The notes under the pieces are model-generated. The model was not told where the DNA came from and searched no databases. It saw only the letters and a list, made by a program, of their open reading frames with translations. A stretch of DNA of 63,674 bases, the filler included, from Choristocarpus tenellus KU-1152 (lineage: Eukaryota; Protista; Phaeophyceae): assembly GCA_964200185.2 (NCBI GenBank). It is 15 parts of 15 records of this genome, joined end to end, with 100 filler letters (N's around TTAATTAATTAA, not from the genome) between each part and the next. Parts side by side here need not be neighbours in the genome. Positions count along the whole stretch, not along the records: positions 1 to 6,324 come from CAXNAD020008390.1; positions 6,425 to 9,346 come from CAXNAD020023641.1; positions 9,447 to 14,020 come from CAXNAD020013955.1; 12 more parts are not named here. One strand, 5' to 3'. This document shows positions 1 through 13,013 of the stretch, piece by piece; position 1 is the first letter of the stretch; the number at the start of each line of letters is the position of its first letter. A program made the translations under genes and the position numbers.

Positions 1-49
1 GCCCTTAAAAAGTGCCGCAACATTTACAAAAAATATATATATCGACACT

Positions 50-110
50 TTTCCCGGTCAAACCCGTCCTCCATAGTATGTTCCATCCTCAATTTTTGAA
101 ATCCACTGTT
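50..110 (-). repeat. Dispersed repeat, second copy at about 13959-14018 (+)
   Basis: The reverse complement (aacagtggatttcaaaaattgaggatggaacatactatggaggacgggtttgacc) aligns with aacagccgatttcaaaaattgaggatggagcttttcattgaggacggacttgacc; both lie near contig ends. Confidence 0.75.
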
Positions 111-599
111 ATACGTGGCAAACCTCGAGTTTTGGTAACACTCTTGGTCTCAGTGTCTCCCCGATTTTTGAAATGATGTGTACCCAATGCAAGGTCCCAA
201 TCGTTAACATATTAATCAACCTTGCATTCTGACTGACTTGCTTTCTGACTGACCTGCATTTTCACAGGGTCCAAAGCATTTGCATCAACTGTAGGATCCG
301 AATTTCTTGCGACAAGCACCAGAACTGAACTCCCTTGGCCCACTGTATGCACACCTGGATGAGTCTGAACATATGATGAGGTAGTGCCTAAACTAGAGTC
401 CTTTCATGTACCAACTGTAGTACCCCATTTACACCTTCCAGCCACCATGCCTGGAAGGTTGAATGAAACCTTGACTCCGAAACCTGAAGCCCAACGTCAG
501 TACATGACCATGCTCCACCGATCATAGCCTCTCCCCAGTTTTTGCTCACCTCAGGTTCCGAAACGCCTGACTCCCTTGTCAAACCCATTACTATGCTCA

Positions 600-1130
600 T
601 GGTAGGTCCGATAAAGCTGGATCAACTTTACCGTTCTTGAATAAATTAAACGCCTGGTACAAAATCTCGGGATCGACTATGGGGCCAATCATAGGGTCTG
701 AATCGTCTTGACCAACCAACAGGTCAAACCACGACTTTTTGTAGTACCAATCGTAGGGTTCAGATCGCCTGACGATCTGTTGCTGGAATTAGAGGGTCTA
801 AACTATCTGGACTGACTGTAGGACCAACAGTAGGGTCAAAAAACTTCAGACGGAACTGTAGGACCAAGCACAATGTCCAAATTATCTGGACTGACAATAG
901 AATCAACCATAGCGTTGAGAACACCTCGACCAACCACTAGGTCGAAACCATCTGGACCGACTGTGGGACCAAGCATAGCGTCCAAAATATCTGGATTGAC
1001 TTGAGGACTGACCACAAAATACAAACCATCTAGAAGGACAATGGGACCAATCATAAGGTCCAAACTGTCTGGAACAACCACCTGAACCAAAACCTCTGAA
1101 CTGACTGTGCAAGGTCCAGCTCCCGGACCT
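600..1130 (-). repeat. Degenerate tandem array, unit about 42 bp (14 codons)
   Basis: Recurring tctggactgactgtaggaccaa-like units; minus-strand ORF 836-1090 shows periodic PDxLDxMxGPxV. Confidence 0.65.
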
Positions 1131-4100
1131 AATTGCTAGATGGAGTCCCCCCTACCCATTGTAGGATCCCACATATCTGATCCCCAAATATCTAGACTAC
1201 AATTTTGGTCCCAGTCCCAACAACTAAACTAGAGTTCACTCTTGCGATGGAACCAATTGGGTATGTTGTCTTACTCCAATCACATGGCTTGGTGATCTTC
1301 AAAATTTGCAGTCCAGTTCCTTCCGAACCTCAAAATCTGACGTTCCTCCTTCTAGGTGAAGGGGGGATAGGGAAGGAGAGAAATGGCACTACTCAACTCC
1401 CCAACTCTCTGACTTTCAGCGATACCTCGTTTGTCTACTTTTCCGAATCATTGGTCAACGCTAAATTTACTGTACTAGCAGCCAAGCTGACTTCTTGTTG
1501 CAAGGCATCTGAATGCCTCACGAAACAATTACAGCCCTCATTGCACGTTGCTCTAATTGGTATCACAACTTGCTGAGGCAGAGAGACACCATTCAAAGGC
1601 TCAAAATATAGTGTATTTACAACAAGTGGTCGACATGGTCTAGACCTGTATTATTCACTGAGGTGTGATGATGTATCCCTACAATGTCGTAAGTGTGCAA
1701 TAAAAACAAAATTCCTGATGCAGAGAACAGGAACAACACGTCGTAACACCTAATCGGTCAAGGAACTGTCAAATATCCGTCTGTATTGCAGGTCTACATT
1801 TTTGCTTTGTACAGTAAATGTGCAGACACATTCAAGTCCACTCTCTTCAGCCTTCGTCTCTAAGTCAAGAGAGTGTGGTAGTACACTTCAACAAAGGGAG
1901 CCTCAGGAAGACTTACCCTTCCACTACCATCACCACCATCACCCTATGTTTTGGTCTCATCTTACGACATTTCACCCCCTTCCCCATTAGTCATACTAGT
2001 AGTGCTTGTGGCACAAGATATCTCCAGTAGCTCATCCCGTACGTTCTGTGTCAAGGACTCAAAAACTATGTTCTCCTTAGTTGAACACCAGTTGCATGCC
2101 AAAAATACTGTATGGTAGTGCGGGACATAGTACTAGAACCCACACATAGTAGGAAAAGCTTTTCTCAGGGTGCCGCAGTTTCCTACGCACCTTCTTGTTT
2201 TCCTTTCCACTTCCAAGAAGGTGCCTCTCTATATTGTGCGATGGTCCTCACATCAACACCATACCGCCCTGCTACACTGGCTTGGTTTATCTTGTGTCCA
2301 CCTAGCAAGTCCATCATTTCGCCTTACTGGGTCAAAGGTAATTTTCACTATTTTTCAGTGCCACCTGATGTGTCCTTATGCATCCCGTTGCACTTTGCCA
2401 TTCTGGACAAGGTGCAACCCTCAGTTGAAACCTTGTTAGTGGTACTTTCCCCCGAAGTCAACCACGTGCCAGACACCTGGAACATTTCAGGGACAAGAAG
2501 GCTTGTTTATAGTTGGAGAAGAAGAATTCCTTTACACTATGACTGTCTCGTTATCACGAATCCCCCTGGCACTCATCTTCTCATCAGGAGCGACACAATC
2601 AATGCACAGTCAGTTCATCTCATTGTCCCCGTCTGGATCCACAAGAATACAGTTTCCATAAAGAGAGTGTCCACAACTTTATTTTGTTTATTGAAAATAG
2701 TTCTAGTGTGATGGCAGGAATGAAACAGTGGGCTTTCGGTGTGCATGGCATTGCCAAAGTGTAATAGGATGTCTGTCCAAGTTGAGGGATGTCTACCCAA
2801 CATCATATTACCCAAAGCATGACAAAGGGTGGGTCATCAAAGACTTCTCACCCTGAGGCCACGTGCAGGACTGGGTCATTATAGATACACCAAATCAGTA
2901 GGGTGGAAATGATCTACAAATGCCGCAAAAGTTTGTGATTGCTCACAATTATGGACAAAAATGAGATATATTTTGTTGATATAAGCAGAAGTAGTTGGAG
3001 ACAACTGCTATCTTTCTCCTGTCAATTAAGGGATACCAATTCTAATAAAATATAATAGTCAGAGCTTCGAAAAGTAGAGATTTTATGACATACATATTTA
3101 GCTATGTCTTCTTCGTTTGGACTCTCTATAATGCATGATAAATTGCATGGACAGAAAGCCTACCTATTCGCTATAGACATCATTATCACTTGCTTCGTAA
3201 CGTCACCTAAATCTATTATAGGTAAATAAAAATTATTAAAAGATCCATCCTGAACAGTTTTAATGATACATAGAGAGTAACATTTTGTGTTAAAGTCCAA
3301 AAATCATTCCCTCTCTGTGATAAGTTTTTGCAATATTACCTTCACAACGAAATATAGACCTGATAACCATCATGCGTGTTTATTCCCCAATGGAAGGGGT
3401 CCTTTATACCTTACGCATGCAAAACCTTTGGACCCCTCTCACAAACAAGCATAAAGTAAAACCAACTACCTGTTATCCTCGTGCGAGCGTATGCTTGTTC
3501 CAAAAATAATAAATCTTAATATTAAACTAGCATCGCCTCTGTAGATACATATTTTTCTCTTTGTGAGTTCATTTTAAGTTTGAGTTCTAGTATGCACCTT
3601 TTACCATGTTATTTCACCTCACTGATACCCTCTCCCAACAAACTTCGAAAGATTAAGTACTCAAGGTCCCAAAGTGCGAAATGAATATTTGCCAAATTTT
3701 TCTATACGATGAACATCTCAACTGTCATTTGAACAAATGATCTGCTCTACACATTCATTATGCATAAATTTCTTTCTTCATCACCCTCACAATCCTCTGT
3801 TGTTACATCCTCATGATTCATGACCCACAGCAAACACCATGTCAACCCCCTATTTGCATGAAAGTTAATGATTGATAGAAAAGCTACCTAATTCTCAACG
3901 CATCAAGAACTAGCTGGCATATAAATACAACCTCTACTTATCATGAATAATGACTCTCCCACCCCTCTATCCTATATCAACATAGATACAAATTCCACAA
4001 CAGACAGGTGTTCAGTTTATAGTGTGCACCACATTGTCTTTGAATTGAAACCTCCTATGTATAAGTAATAGATGTAGTTGGTATGTGGGTCACAGTTTGA

Positions 4101-5380
4101 CACAACGCGTTGACTTCAACGTGAGCTCCATAGTGCATAAAGACGTAAGGAGTTGTGTGCACTCCCTCCTCTCCCCTGCCTCTGTGTTGAAGATACGCTG
4201 CCCCTGAGGGCAGGTCAGTGACAGGCGAATAGTTAATGTATCGCTACCCACACTTTAATTGGGAGTACAGAGAGACCAAAATGGGAAGATTCAAAGTCAT
4301 CTTATAGGTACAGTGTATAGTCTACATCTTCAAAAAAAAAAGAGTATTCAGTTGATATGTATGGCATACAATATCCTGATGTGCATGGCGTACTATGGTC
4401 ATCACATTTGGAATAAATTTGATAATACTTCATGCCCCTCAAGTGCACATCTCGAGCCAGTCAAACATCAAGCTCGAAAGAAATCTACCATTTATCATAA
4501 CTACAGCCTGCCAACTATCCATCCCCGTTGACTTTGGTCATCAGGTATTGACACATCACAGGTGCTGTCTTCGAGCCTCATCATCACTGTACAGGGTTGT
4601 CTGTTGAAGCTACATATCCCATTAAGGTAAACTGCAGAGGTGTCTACCTATTATTTTTGCATCAAACTAGTCTGGGGATTATCACAACCTGTGACCAGAG
4701 GCACAACACGCTGCACTCCTTGCCATACTAACTACTAAAAGTACTGATTAACTGTTGCACTACAACTAATTGTACACTGCCTCCATTCTTGCCTTGCTTA
4801 TTGCACATTGGTTCAGTACTCTAACCATTTGTTGCTCCTCCTCCTTCCCTTCATCTTCTCCAAGACCCACCCCGAAATTTCCACCTTGATTTTGGTCCTG
4901 CATTGTTGTGATATAGGAACAGGCAGTTACAGTTAGTACAGGTGTATAATACTTCGACCTTGTTATGTGGAATAGCATAATCGAAACCAGATTTCCGTAA
5001 GAAGAAGCTGGGTGATGAAGGGGTTCGAACCCCCAACATTTATACAGACAGGTAAGGCCTTTAACATTTAATACTGATCACAGAAGAAAATAGTACAACA
5101 TGCCAGATCTAGCTTTCCTGACTAACTCCATTATTTTAAATATTTCTTTCCCCACAAAGATATACGGTAAAATGTCAGAGGGCATAATAATAAAAATGGG
5201 TTGTTCGTATGTGGGAAGTATTAGGATGACTCCCTAGCTCCTCACCCTACAGTACAAGAATAGGTAGATTGGAGGTACAAGAAGGGAGGGAGTGGTACAA
5301 CATAGATAGTAGTAGTGAAATAAGAAATAGATGAGTGTTTTTCACATGTGCTACAACTCTTACTTTTTGGGGGATTTTTT

Positions 5381-5607
5381 TGACATGTGAATAGTTTTCA
5401 TTGTTTTTCCCCCCCACACATCAGCAAAATGTCAGAGGGCATGGTAATAAAAAATTGTGGGAAGTATATACAGGTGAACTGAATATCCTCATACCGCTTT
5501 GCTTTACGCTTATTTTTGGGGATATTGCCGATATTTTATATAATTAAGCCCTCTGACAATTTGCAGATGTGTCAGGGGCAAAACGAATGAAAACTATACA
5601 TATGTCA
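5381..5607. repeat. Element with imperfect terminal inverted repeats of about 60 bp (MITE-like); related motifs at about 5165, 5645 and 61625
   Basis: tgacatgtgaatagttttcat...aaaatgtcagagggc (5381-5440) is inverted at gccctctgacaattt...atgaaaactatacatatgtca (5548-5607). Confidence 0.6.
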
Positions 5608-5754
5608 TTATTAGCCTTAAGGCCGATATGAGTTTCATTGGTTTCCCCCCCTGACACATCTGGAAAATGTCAGGGGGCACAATAACATAATGTCTATTTC
5701 GGCGAGGGGGATCAACCCTATTACCATAGCTGTTTTCAAGTAGTTAAAAATAAT

Positions 5755-6324
5755 CTCCAGGAGGTAGGCATCAACCTAAACATGGACAAGACATTTGCCG
5801 CACCTCCCCAGAGTCACCAGCCAACACCCTCGGAACTAGAGTTCCTTTCCACAGCAGGAATCAACCTAGCCCCGAACCCCAGTGGTTTTGTCACTCTAGG
5901 GGCTCCAGTAGGAACAGATGATTTCATTCGAGCTCACATGGCGGAGGTGATAGAGAGCTCTGGGATACGAGCTTTAGCCACACACCTAAGCGAGATGGAG
6001 GACAAACAGGTGACATGGCTCCTCAACTCCTGGTCCCTCTCCTCCCAGCTAGGCTATCTTGTGAGGGTCACTCCCCCCCTCCTGGCACGCTCCACCATGG
6101 AGCAAGCAGACAATACCTCCCTGTGGACACTAGAGAGGATAATGGAGATAGCTGATGCGACAGAGGTGAAAGATTTCTTTGAGGGAGGGTGCAACAATAG
6201 GTCTCTCCGCCTAGAGACCACCAAGTACAGGCACAGATGCCTACAAGTGCGGGGGGTCTGGGCCTCTCCTCCATGAAACACCGCCAACATGCAGCTTTCG
6301 TAGGATCACTGGTGGATACTCTCC
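5755..6324 (+). mobile_element. Non-LTR retrotransposon (CRE-like) RT C-terminal/thumb fragment, frameshifted
   Basis: Motifs GINLNMDKT, GFVTLGAPVGTDDF, QxxWLL...LGYLVRVTPP and, after a frameshift, LPTSAGGLGLSS...AAFVGS; truncated at the contig end. Confidence 0.75.
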
Positions 6325-6424
6325 NNNNNNNNNNNNNNNNNNNNNNNNNNNNNNNNNNNNNNNNNNNNTTAATTAATTAANNNNNNNNNNNNNNNNNNNN
6401 NNNNNNNNNNNNNNNNNNNNNNNN
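6325..6424. other. Artificial contig linker (first of 14; others at 9347, 14021, 19357, 24640, 27588, 33330, 37234, 40144, 43724, 46432, 49459, 52157, 60350; 100 bp each)
   Basis: Identical 44N-TTAATTAATTAA-44N spacer with stops in all six frames; flanks unrelated. Confidence 0.99.
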
Positions 6425-6935
6425 GTGTCCTTCCGTCCTAGACATGCGGGCCTTGATTGCCTGGATGACATCCTCAACCATGAGCCCCATGCACCTCCCC
6501 CCGTCCACTGTGGCTGGCACAAGCACCTCGGTGCCCTTGGGATGATGTCTGCTGGAGAAATGAATGACCGTAGCGGCCACGATTGGTCAGATCCCGATTT
6601 TCCCACGGAATCACACCCCGTTGGAGAGCTTCCTAGAGTGGGTCACGGCTGCAAGGAACATCACCTTCGTAATGTAACACATTTTATGTCCCTGTGGGAG
6701 GTTGGGGGGGTCCTCAGTGGGGTGCAGGTACACACCTTGCCCATCTTTGAGGTTGTAAACCACTTCTCGTCCACATCCACCCAGTCGTACAGTCCACTAA
6801 TACCCCACTTCCCCCCCTCCTATGCGTGTGGCTGATGACGAAACCCACCCTGTTAACGTTTTGCTGGCCTGAGGGGACTGGCTTAATCCACTGCTTGACG
6901 TTCTTCACCTCCTCACACTTGCACAGATCCCAAAA

Positions 6936-7113
6936 GACCCAAAGTATCTGTGGGGAGGGGGGGGTTCTACACCAGGGTGTCCATTTGGGTCATGAACAGG
7001 AAAAGTGCACTTACAATGTCTATCCAACGTATGCAACCAAATCACACAAAAATCGCGACATGAAAAATTGACCCCAAATGGACAGCCGCCACCCCACCCA
7101 GATACTTTCAGCC
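6936..7113. mobile_element. MITE family B, full copy, 3-bp TSD (aaa)
   Basis: GACCCAAAGTATCTG...CAGATACTTTCAGCC; empty-site sequence visible in the paralogous transposase near 25990. Confidence 0.9.
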
Positions 7114-7300
7114 AAATGGGGCAACGGAGACCCCAGCTTTGGCTGCCCATTTGTGTAAGGGTGTGAGGTGTACTGATGGGACATCCCAAACATCGAGGAT
7201 ACTTGTGCAGCGGTCACATCGCCCCTTGAAACGTTGTACAAGGTCCATGCCTTCACCCCATGCGATGTGACTGTCATAATCCTTCGGATGACAGAACACG

Positions 7301-7541
7301 GCGTCAAAGCATCTTAGAGGGTACGGCCGTGTCCATTTGGTCCAAAATCTAATATTGCCATTTTGATGTAGTTTTGGCTATCGTGTTTGTTAAGAATGGT
7401 CAATATCCTTGTTCCGGACACACCTTTCATAGTCCTGTACATTTTACCTGCTCCAAAATAATTGTCACAAATATCTGTGAGAAGCCAAGCCCTGAAAGGA
7501 CAAATAGGGTAAAACTCCTACGCTCTTAAATGCTCTGGGTC
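7301..7541. mobile_element. MITE family A, degenerate copy
   Basis: Family A body in reverse orientation; absent from the paralogous transposase near 26175. Confidence 0.8.
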
Positions 7542-7804
7542 GCGGTGATTTTGGAAATTCGGAAATCCTCTGTGATGGCCGCCGCCATCCCCCAAAGCAT
7601 CCAAGTCTCGCACCCTCTTGCCTCCAGGCATCGCATTACCACACTGTTCTTCGTTGGGGTGTTTGAGTCTCAATGTCGGACAGACTTCTTGCCCAAATAA
7701 TTGAGACCGATGGGCGACAATGGGATGAGCGTGCCGCTTGATAAACAGGGGACCTTCCTCTTGGCATCCTAATAAGCACCCTCTTTGATAATTTCACCAA
7801 GTTT

Positions 7805-8063
7805 GGGTGAATATATCTTAGAGGGTACGAGTTTTACCCTGTTTGTCCTTTTGGGGCTTGGCTTCACACGGGTTTGTTATGACATTTTACCTACTCCGAA
7901 AAGTTTCAGAGTAGGTAAAATGTATACGTTACGGAAAGGTGTGTCCAGAACAAGGTTATTGGCACTTCCTAACAAACACGATAGCCAAAATTACATCAAA
8001 ATCACAATATTGGATTTCAACCCCCGAACGGACGCGTCTCTACCCTCAAAGATGCTTTCACTC
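7805..8063. mobile_element. MITE family A, TSD ttt
   Basis: GGGTGAATATATCTTAGAGGGTAC...TACCCTCAAAGATGCTTTCACTC. Confidence 0.9.
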
Positions 8064-8339
8064 TTTTTTTATTGCCATCAAATGCGACTTGGTAGACTTT
8101 GCAATGTTGATCTTCCACATCATGACACCCCACCATCTCAAACTTTGCACGCCTCCCAAACTATATGAGAACTAAGCCTTGTCCAGAGGGTTTACCACGT
8201 GGATTGTTCCCATGCGAGAATGGACCTTGCAAAAATTTGGTTATATTTAATTCCGAATGGAGGAAGTACATGCTTGTACCATTGTGACATCATCCATAGG
8301 ATACAGGGGGCAATCTATGTTCTGACTCTCACTTTACTT

Positions 8340-8555
8340 TCGTATCAGAGACAACTAATTGAAAGATAGGCAGGGGTTGTATTTTGAGGATGCGGAGAAA
8401 GTGCAAAAATGCTCCATTTTGTACTGTTCCAGAAAGAGCCTTTCCTTAATTCTGTTGTCACCTTGTGTCTGGAAAGGTAGGCCATCGATTTTGCATTCAC
8501 TATTGTGCACATAAAGCAATAAAATCGAGTGTATTGCACAGGGTAAGAAAGGTGG
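8340..8555 (+). repeat. Dispersed repeat, second copy at about 57855-58070
   Basis: Shared colinear blocks agaaagagccttt, ccttgtgt and cactat(t/c)gtgcacataaagcaat...gcacag(g/a)gtaaga. Confidence 0.75.
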
Positions 8556-9283
8556 CTTAAGAGACAACGGGGTTCAAACCTGCCTACCTCTCAATTGGTT
8601 TGGTTTTCAGGATATGGAAATTTCAAATATTTAATGTCTTTTGACTACCTCAGAGTTAGAAAATCCGACTTATCCTAGACAAAAAGAAATGCTCTCTCCA
8701 TTGGAACATATCATGCTCCTTTCCTGATGTAAATTCAAATCCAAATTCAGAACAAGAATGAATGACAAATTGCTCACCTTCTCCAAATATCTCCAACAAC
8801 CAATCCAAGGACACTTGTAAACCACCTTCACAACGTGACATTTATCCATCAAACCCTGGCCATTTGGAAGAATCCGAAATATAAAAGATTTTTGGGTATT
8901 GCTTAAATTTCCGAACTCTGCATCACATACACACCATCACATACAACCGTTCACGAGCTCCATATTGACCCACATATCATTTCGCAGTTCATACCCTCGA
9001 ACATTTCAATTCCTTCCCCTCGCCAAAAAAATGAACTTGTCAGAAGTGTGGCCATTTGCAAGAAAATCGGAAACACATCACACATGCTTGCATATTGCCT
9101 AAATTTCAAACTCTTTAATACGCTGCCCCATACAAACAGTCTACGACCTTTCAAATTTATGGGCATATTCTTTGACACTTCATACAATCCAACATTTCGA
9201 TTATCTCCCGTTTCCACGTAGAGGATTAAGTCGTCAAAATAGGGTCATTTGCAAGAACCCGAAGCATTTCGGATTTTGACAAA

Positions 9284-9346
9284 GGGTGAAACTATCTTAG
9301 AGGGTACGAATTTTTCCCTGTTTGTCCATTTGTGGGGCTTGGCTTC
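9284..9346. mobile_element. MITE family A end truncated by contig break (other partial copies: 9447-9482, 49666-49749, 52100-52156, 60450-60500, 60855-60994, 63513-63674)
   Basis: TIR core AAAGTATCTTAGAGGGTA or its complement plus family A subterminal sequence. Confidence 0.85.
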
Positions 9347-9992
9347 NNNNNNNNNNNNNNNNNNNNNNNNNNNNNNNNNNNNNNNNNNNNTTAATTAATT
9401 AANNNNNNNNNNNNNNNNNNNNNNNNNNNNNNNNNNNNNNNNNNNNTGGACGCGGCTCTACCCTCTAAGATACTTTCGCTCTTCATTCTTTGTGCACTCC
9501 TGCACCCCAAAATGCGGCAATACCTACTGCAGCAGGCACCCACCCCTGCCACTGTACTCTTGTGACATTCCGCATAAATGAGTAGCAATTTGAGGACTTC
9601 CTTGTGGAGGTTCTTCGATACCCTTTGCTGGGTGTCCACCCCAGATAATGATGGAGCATTCGATCCACTGTCCCTCTCCCGCCAATTCATAACCTAAGAA
9701 GTCCTGCCTGCCACATGATCCGTGGATACATATGGCACCCTCTCTCTATGATTCATGATTCCTCCCCTAAATTCATATTTGCCTCAGGTGAGGTGTTGTG
9801 TCGGCAAAGATGGTAAAACATCAGTACAGGAACCAGGGTCTGTTATAGTCTGTCCAACGATCCCTGGACGATGATGATGATGTCACAATAATATGTATCG
9901 TTTGATGACGCACTTGACAAAGAGTGTGCACTTTATTGCCGAGCTTTGTCTCGACAAGAGAGTAAGCTGGTGGGCCATGCCCACCTGCCTGC

Positions 9993-10170
9993 GAACAAAA
10001 GTATCTGGGGGGGGGGGGGGGTCTGCGCCAGGGCATCCATTTGGACCATAAGCAGGAAAAGTGCACTTACATTATCATCCGACGTATGCAACCAAATCAC
10101 CAAAAAATCGCAAGATGAAAATAGTGGTCCCAGATGGACAGCCGCCACCCCCTCCCAGATAATTTGAGCC
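9993..10170. mobile_element. MITE family B, full copy, 3-bp TSD (tgc); partial copies at 19457-19480, 24386-24639, 24740-24779, 27526-27587, 27688-27735, 33430-33498, 43824-43851, 49559-49664
   Basis: tgc|GAACAAAAGTATCTGGGG...CCCCCTCCCAGATAATTTGAGCC|tgc. Confidence 0.9.
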
Positions 10171-11299
10171 TGCTGCGTCATATACTGATCCAAGGTCATA
10201 CACCAGAGGTGGGGCAAAATCATATATACCCCCATGCACACACACACATCTGCTCGCTGTACACCTAAAATATCAATTCAACAGCATAACAATAGCGTAT
10301 TAATGACAGGCTTTGATAGGTATCTACGGTATCCTGGGCCGGTATCCACAAGGAAAGATGCCATATGTATGACAGATCTTTGCTAGATGAAAGTCAGTGA
10401 GGGGGAACCTTATGGTGACAGGTATTGGAAACGATTGAAGGAAAAGGGGGGGTGAGGCAGAGTAGTTCAAGCATTCTTACGTAAGACTTGTTCTTCTAAA
10501 AAGGCATCATAACTTGTGCAGCCTTTGCTCTACCTTACCCTCAACACATACTTGATGATTGTAGCGACACCTCAACCCTCAAAACCCCATAAAAATCCCT
10601 TTGAGTCACCCCAACCCTTTCATGAATCATCTTAGCATGGGAGTGTGTGTAGCATTGTGATTGGACAGGGAATGATTGGAGTGCCAAGTAATTTCTCTGG
10701 GATCCAGGTATTCCTTAGACTGATCATAGGATGGAGGAATCGAAGTACAGGACAAGGAAAGTCAAGCTTTGTGTGTTCATGAGTGGATATATCCAGAAGG
10801 AATGACCGATGAGAGCTTGTTGGACTTACATTTATGAGTGGCACGGGTTGTTGAGGATACAAGAGAGCTGTGGGTAACTTTGCGTATAATGTCAAAAGAA
10901 AGGGAGAGTGTCTGGAGTACGTGCTGCAGTATACAATAAATAACAACAGTGGATGTACGGGGACTGACTGATGTAGCCAATCATGTTAAAACCATCCACT
11001 GTGTGGTATAAGACAGTATAGCCAGGACACAATAGAAACCTATTGTTGGCCATAACCAATGCCCTGTTGTTATTTTTATGCGTTCTTTAGGTATACAGTA
11101 AGTGAATGTGTGCGTATGTGGGGTGTTGATGACATTACTCCGCCTATACCGTGTGCCTTTGGACCATCAGTCCAAGGTTTAGCTAGGTGGGTATGACCCA
11201 TTGACGTTTCTAATGTGGAGACAAAACATCGATGAAGGTGTGCACAACCTTGATTGAATACACCATCAATGGGAACATACTCTCGTGGCATCATTGTCA

Positions 11300-13013
11300 C
11301 CGAGGGATAACTAAACATCCTAACTGCATATACACCAGCTGGGGAGGGAGAGCAGGGAACTTGAAGAAGCACGACTTAGACACATGAGATGGGAGGCCGA
11401 TAGAGAGATGCAAGAGAAGGACATAGAGTGCTGCAGCCTCAAGGTGCGCTTGAAGGTTGTGCCACAGCCAAAGGGACAAGGGAACCCTGGATGTATCCAC
11501 AAAATCGCCGATCAGCTCGCCTGTGGCCACACGCTTGACCTAGGGGTGCGGCATATAGTGGGCGGCGTTCGGAGCTCTCACACCGACCAAGATGTCCGCA
11601 ATATATAGTATCAACTCTGATGATTGGTCATCCACAGTGCGTCAGGTGACAATGAAGATGGCCACCAAGGGGCTGAATTATAGCACGAGCACCATAAACA
11701 GGTGGTTGGATGATATGGGGGCCATGTCGAATCGCCACTGGATCAAACCCAAGCTTAAATCGTGGCAAAAGGTATGGAGAATGGACTTTGTTTGCGATCA
11801 AGTGGACCGGAAACGTGGTGTGTACACCTCCATGCATGGATGAAACTTGGTTTTGAGTCAAAGTATCTTAGAGGAGAGAGCCGTGTCCGTTTGGGGACCA
11901 AATCGGATGTTGCGATTTTGATGTAATTTTGGCTATGGGTACTTGTTAGGAAGTGTCAATATGCTTGTTCCAGAGACACTTTTTCATAACGTACACATTT
12001 CATCTACTCCAAAACATTTTGGGGTATTATATTACAAAAAAAAACAGTGGGAAGCCCAAGCCCCAAAAAAGGACAAACAGGGCAAACTCGTACCCTCTAA
12101 GGTACTTTCACTCTTTACGTGATGGCTCACGGGGAAAGGGTTGGAGTACTTCCGCATGAGGATGATAGCAACCTTCCAGGGTTCCCTACTGTGCAGCACA
12201 AGAGTCATATCGCCAAAATCATGATCATTGCAGCCAACGCCCGCCCAGATTCGGCTCACAGCTTTGATGGAAAACTTGGTGTTTGGCATGTGTGTGCACC
12301 AATAGCGGCAGACAGGACAAGCGAGAACTATAAAAAGGGGGATGTGTGTGATCAGGACCGTACTTTAGACCATTTGTGGTACAGGGAGTGGTACACGGAG
12401 GAGTTACTACCTGCAATTAAGACCAAGATGCCTTGGTTGCAGGGGAAGCACGTTGTCGTTCAGCAAGATGGTACCAACCTCCACACGGGCAAGGGTAACT
12501 CAGAAATCTTGTCAGGGGCAAGGAAGATTGAGGGGTGATCTATTAGGGTTGTGACGCAGCCATTTAACTCGCCCGACCTCAATATCATAGACCTGTGCTT
12601 CTTCAGGTCTTTGAAATGCCAGGGTGATGGGGAGTGGTTTGGGTCTGTTGAGAAGATGGTGAAGGCCATTAAGAAACAGTATGAGGAGAATGATGATACC
12701 ACACTTGAGAGGACTTGGCATATCCTTTTTGTGGTGTACAATCAAGTACTTAGATACAAAGGGGGGAATGACTTCAGTGTGGAGCACAGAGGGGTAAGGA
12801 AGAGGCAGCTGTTTGGTGAGTTTGAAAGCACACCGAAGGTAGACATGGAGGCTTTTTCTGTGGCTGATAAAATTGTGATGGATGGGGAGTAATAATAACA
12901 AAAAAAAGCCGACCCTAACAGAATTCGTCAAGGATTCTAAATTTTCTTTCAGAAATGAATTTCATCTTCAAAAGTTATGGACAACGCGGCACAGACTTAC
13001 GGCACGGAGGTAG
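11300..13013 (+). mobile_element. Decayed mariner transposon (DD39D-related; 40 residues between second and third D)
   Basis: DETWF|YVM (split by a MITE), VVQQDG and TQPFNSPDLNIIDLCFFRSLK; internal TGA at 12536; 3' end ACGGAGGTAG|TA at 13013. The 5' boundary is approximate. Confidence 0.88.
11855..12113. mobile_element. MITE family A inserted in the transposase catalytic motif, 3-bp TSD (ttt)
   Basis: Removing the element plus 3 bp restores GAT GAA ACT TGG TTT TAC GTG (DETWFYV). Confidence 0.92.

Larger units (their letters stand above)
6425..8266 (-). mobile_element. Decayed Tc1/mariner transposon (plant/oomycete-type DDD), interrupted by three MITEs
   Basis: Colinear with 25040-26622; WVDVDEKWFT first-D motif; 5' end TA|CTTCCTCCATTCGGAA at 8266, resembling Stowaway/plant mariner TIRs. 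Confidence 0.85.

Noticed and set aside
2200-2350. Possible HTH of a pogo-like transposase on the minus strand (INQASVAGRYGVDVRTI)
   Set aside because: Short, interrupted by stops, with no catalytic domain; too weak to call.
5005-5080. tRNA-like GGTTCGAACCC (similar at about 8570 and 37135)
   Set aside because: Only a T-arm/B-box is present and no cloverleaf could be built; at most a decayed SINE head.
11300-13013. Mariner transposases as mobilisers of MITE A/B
   Set aside because: Their ends are CT(A/T)CCTCC-type with TA TSDs, unlike the G-N4-AAAGTATCT ends and 3/4-bp TSDs.
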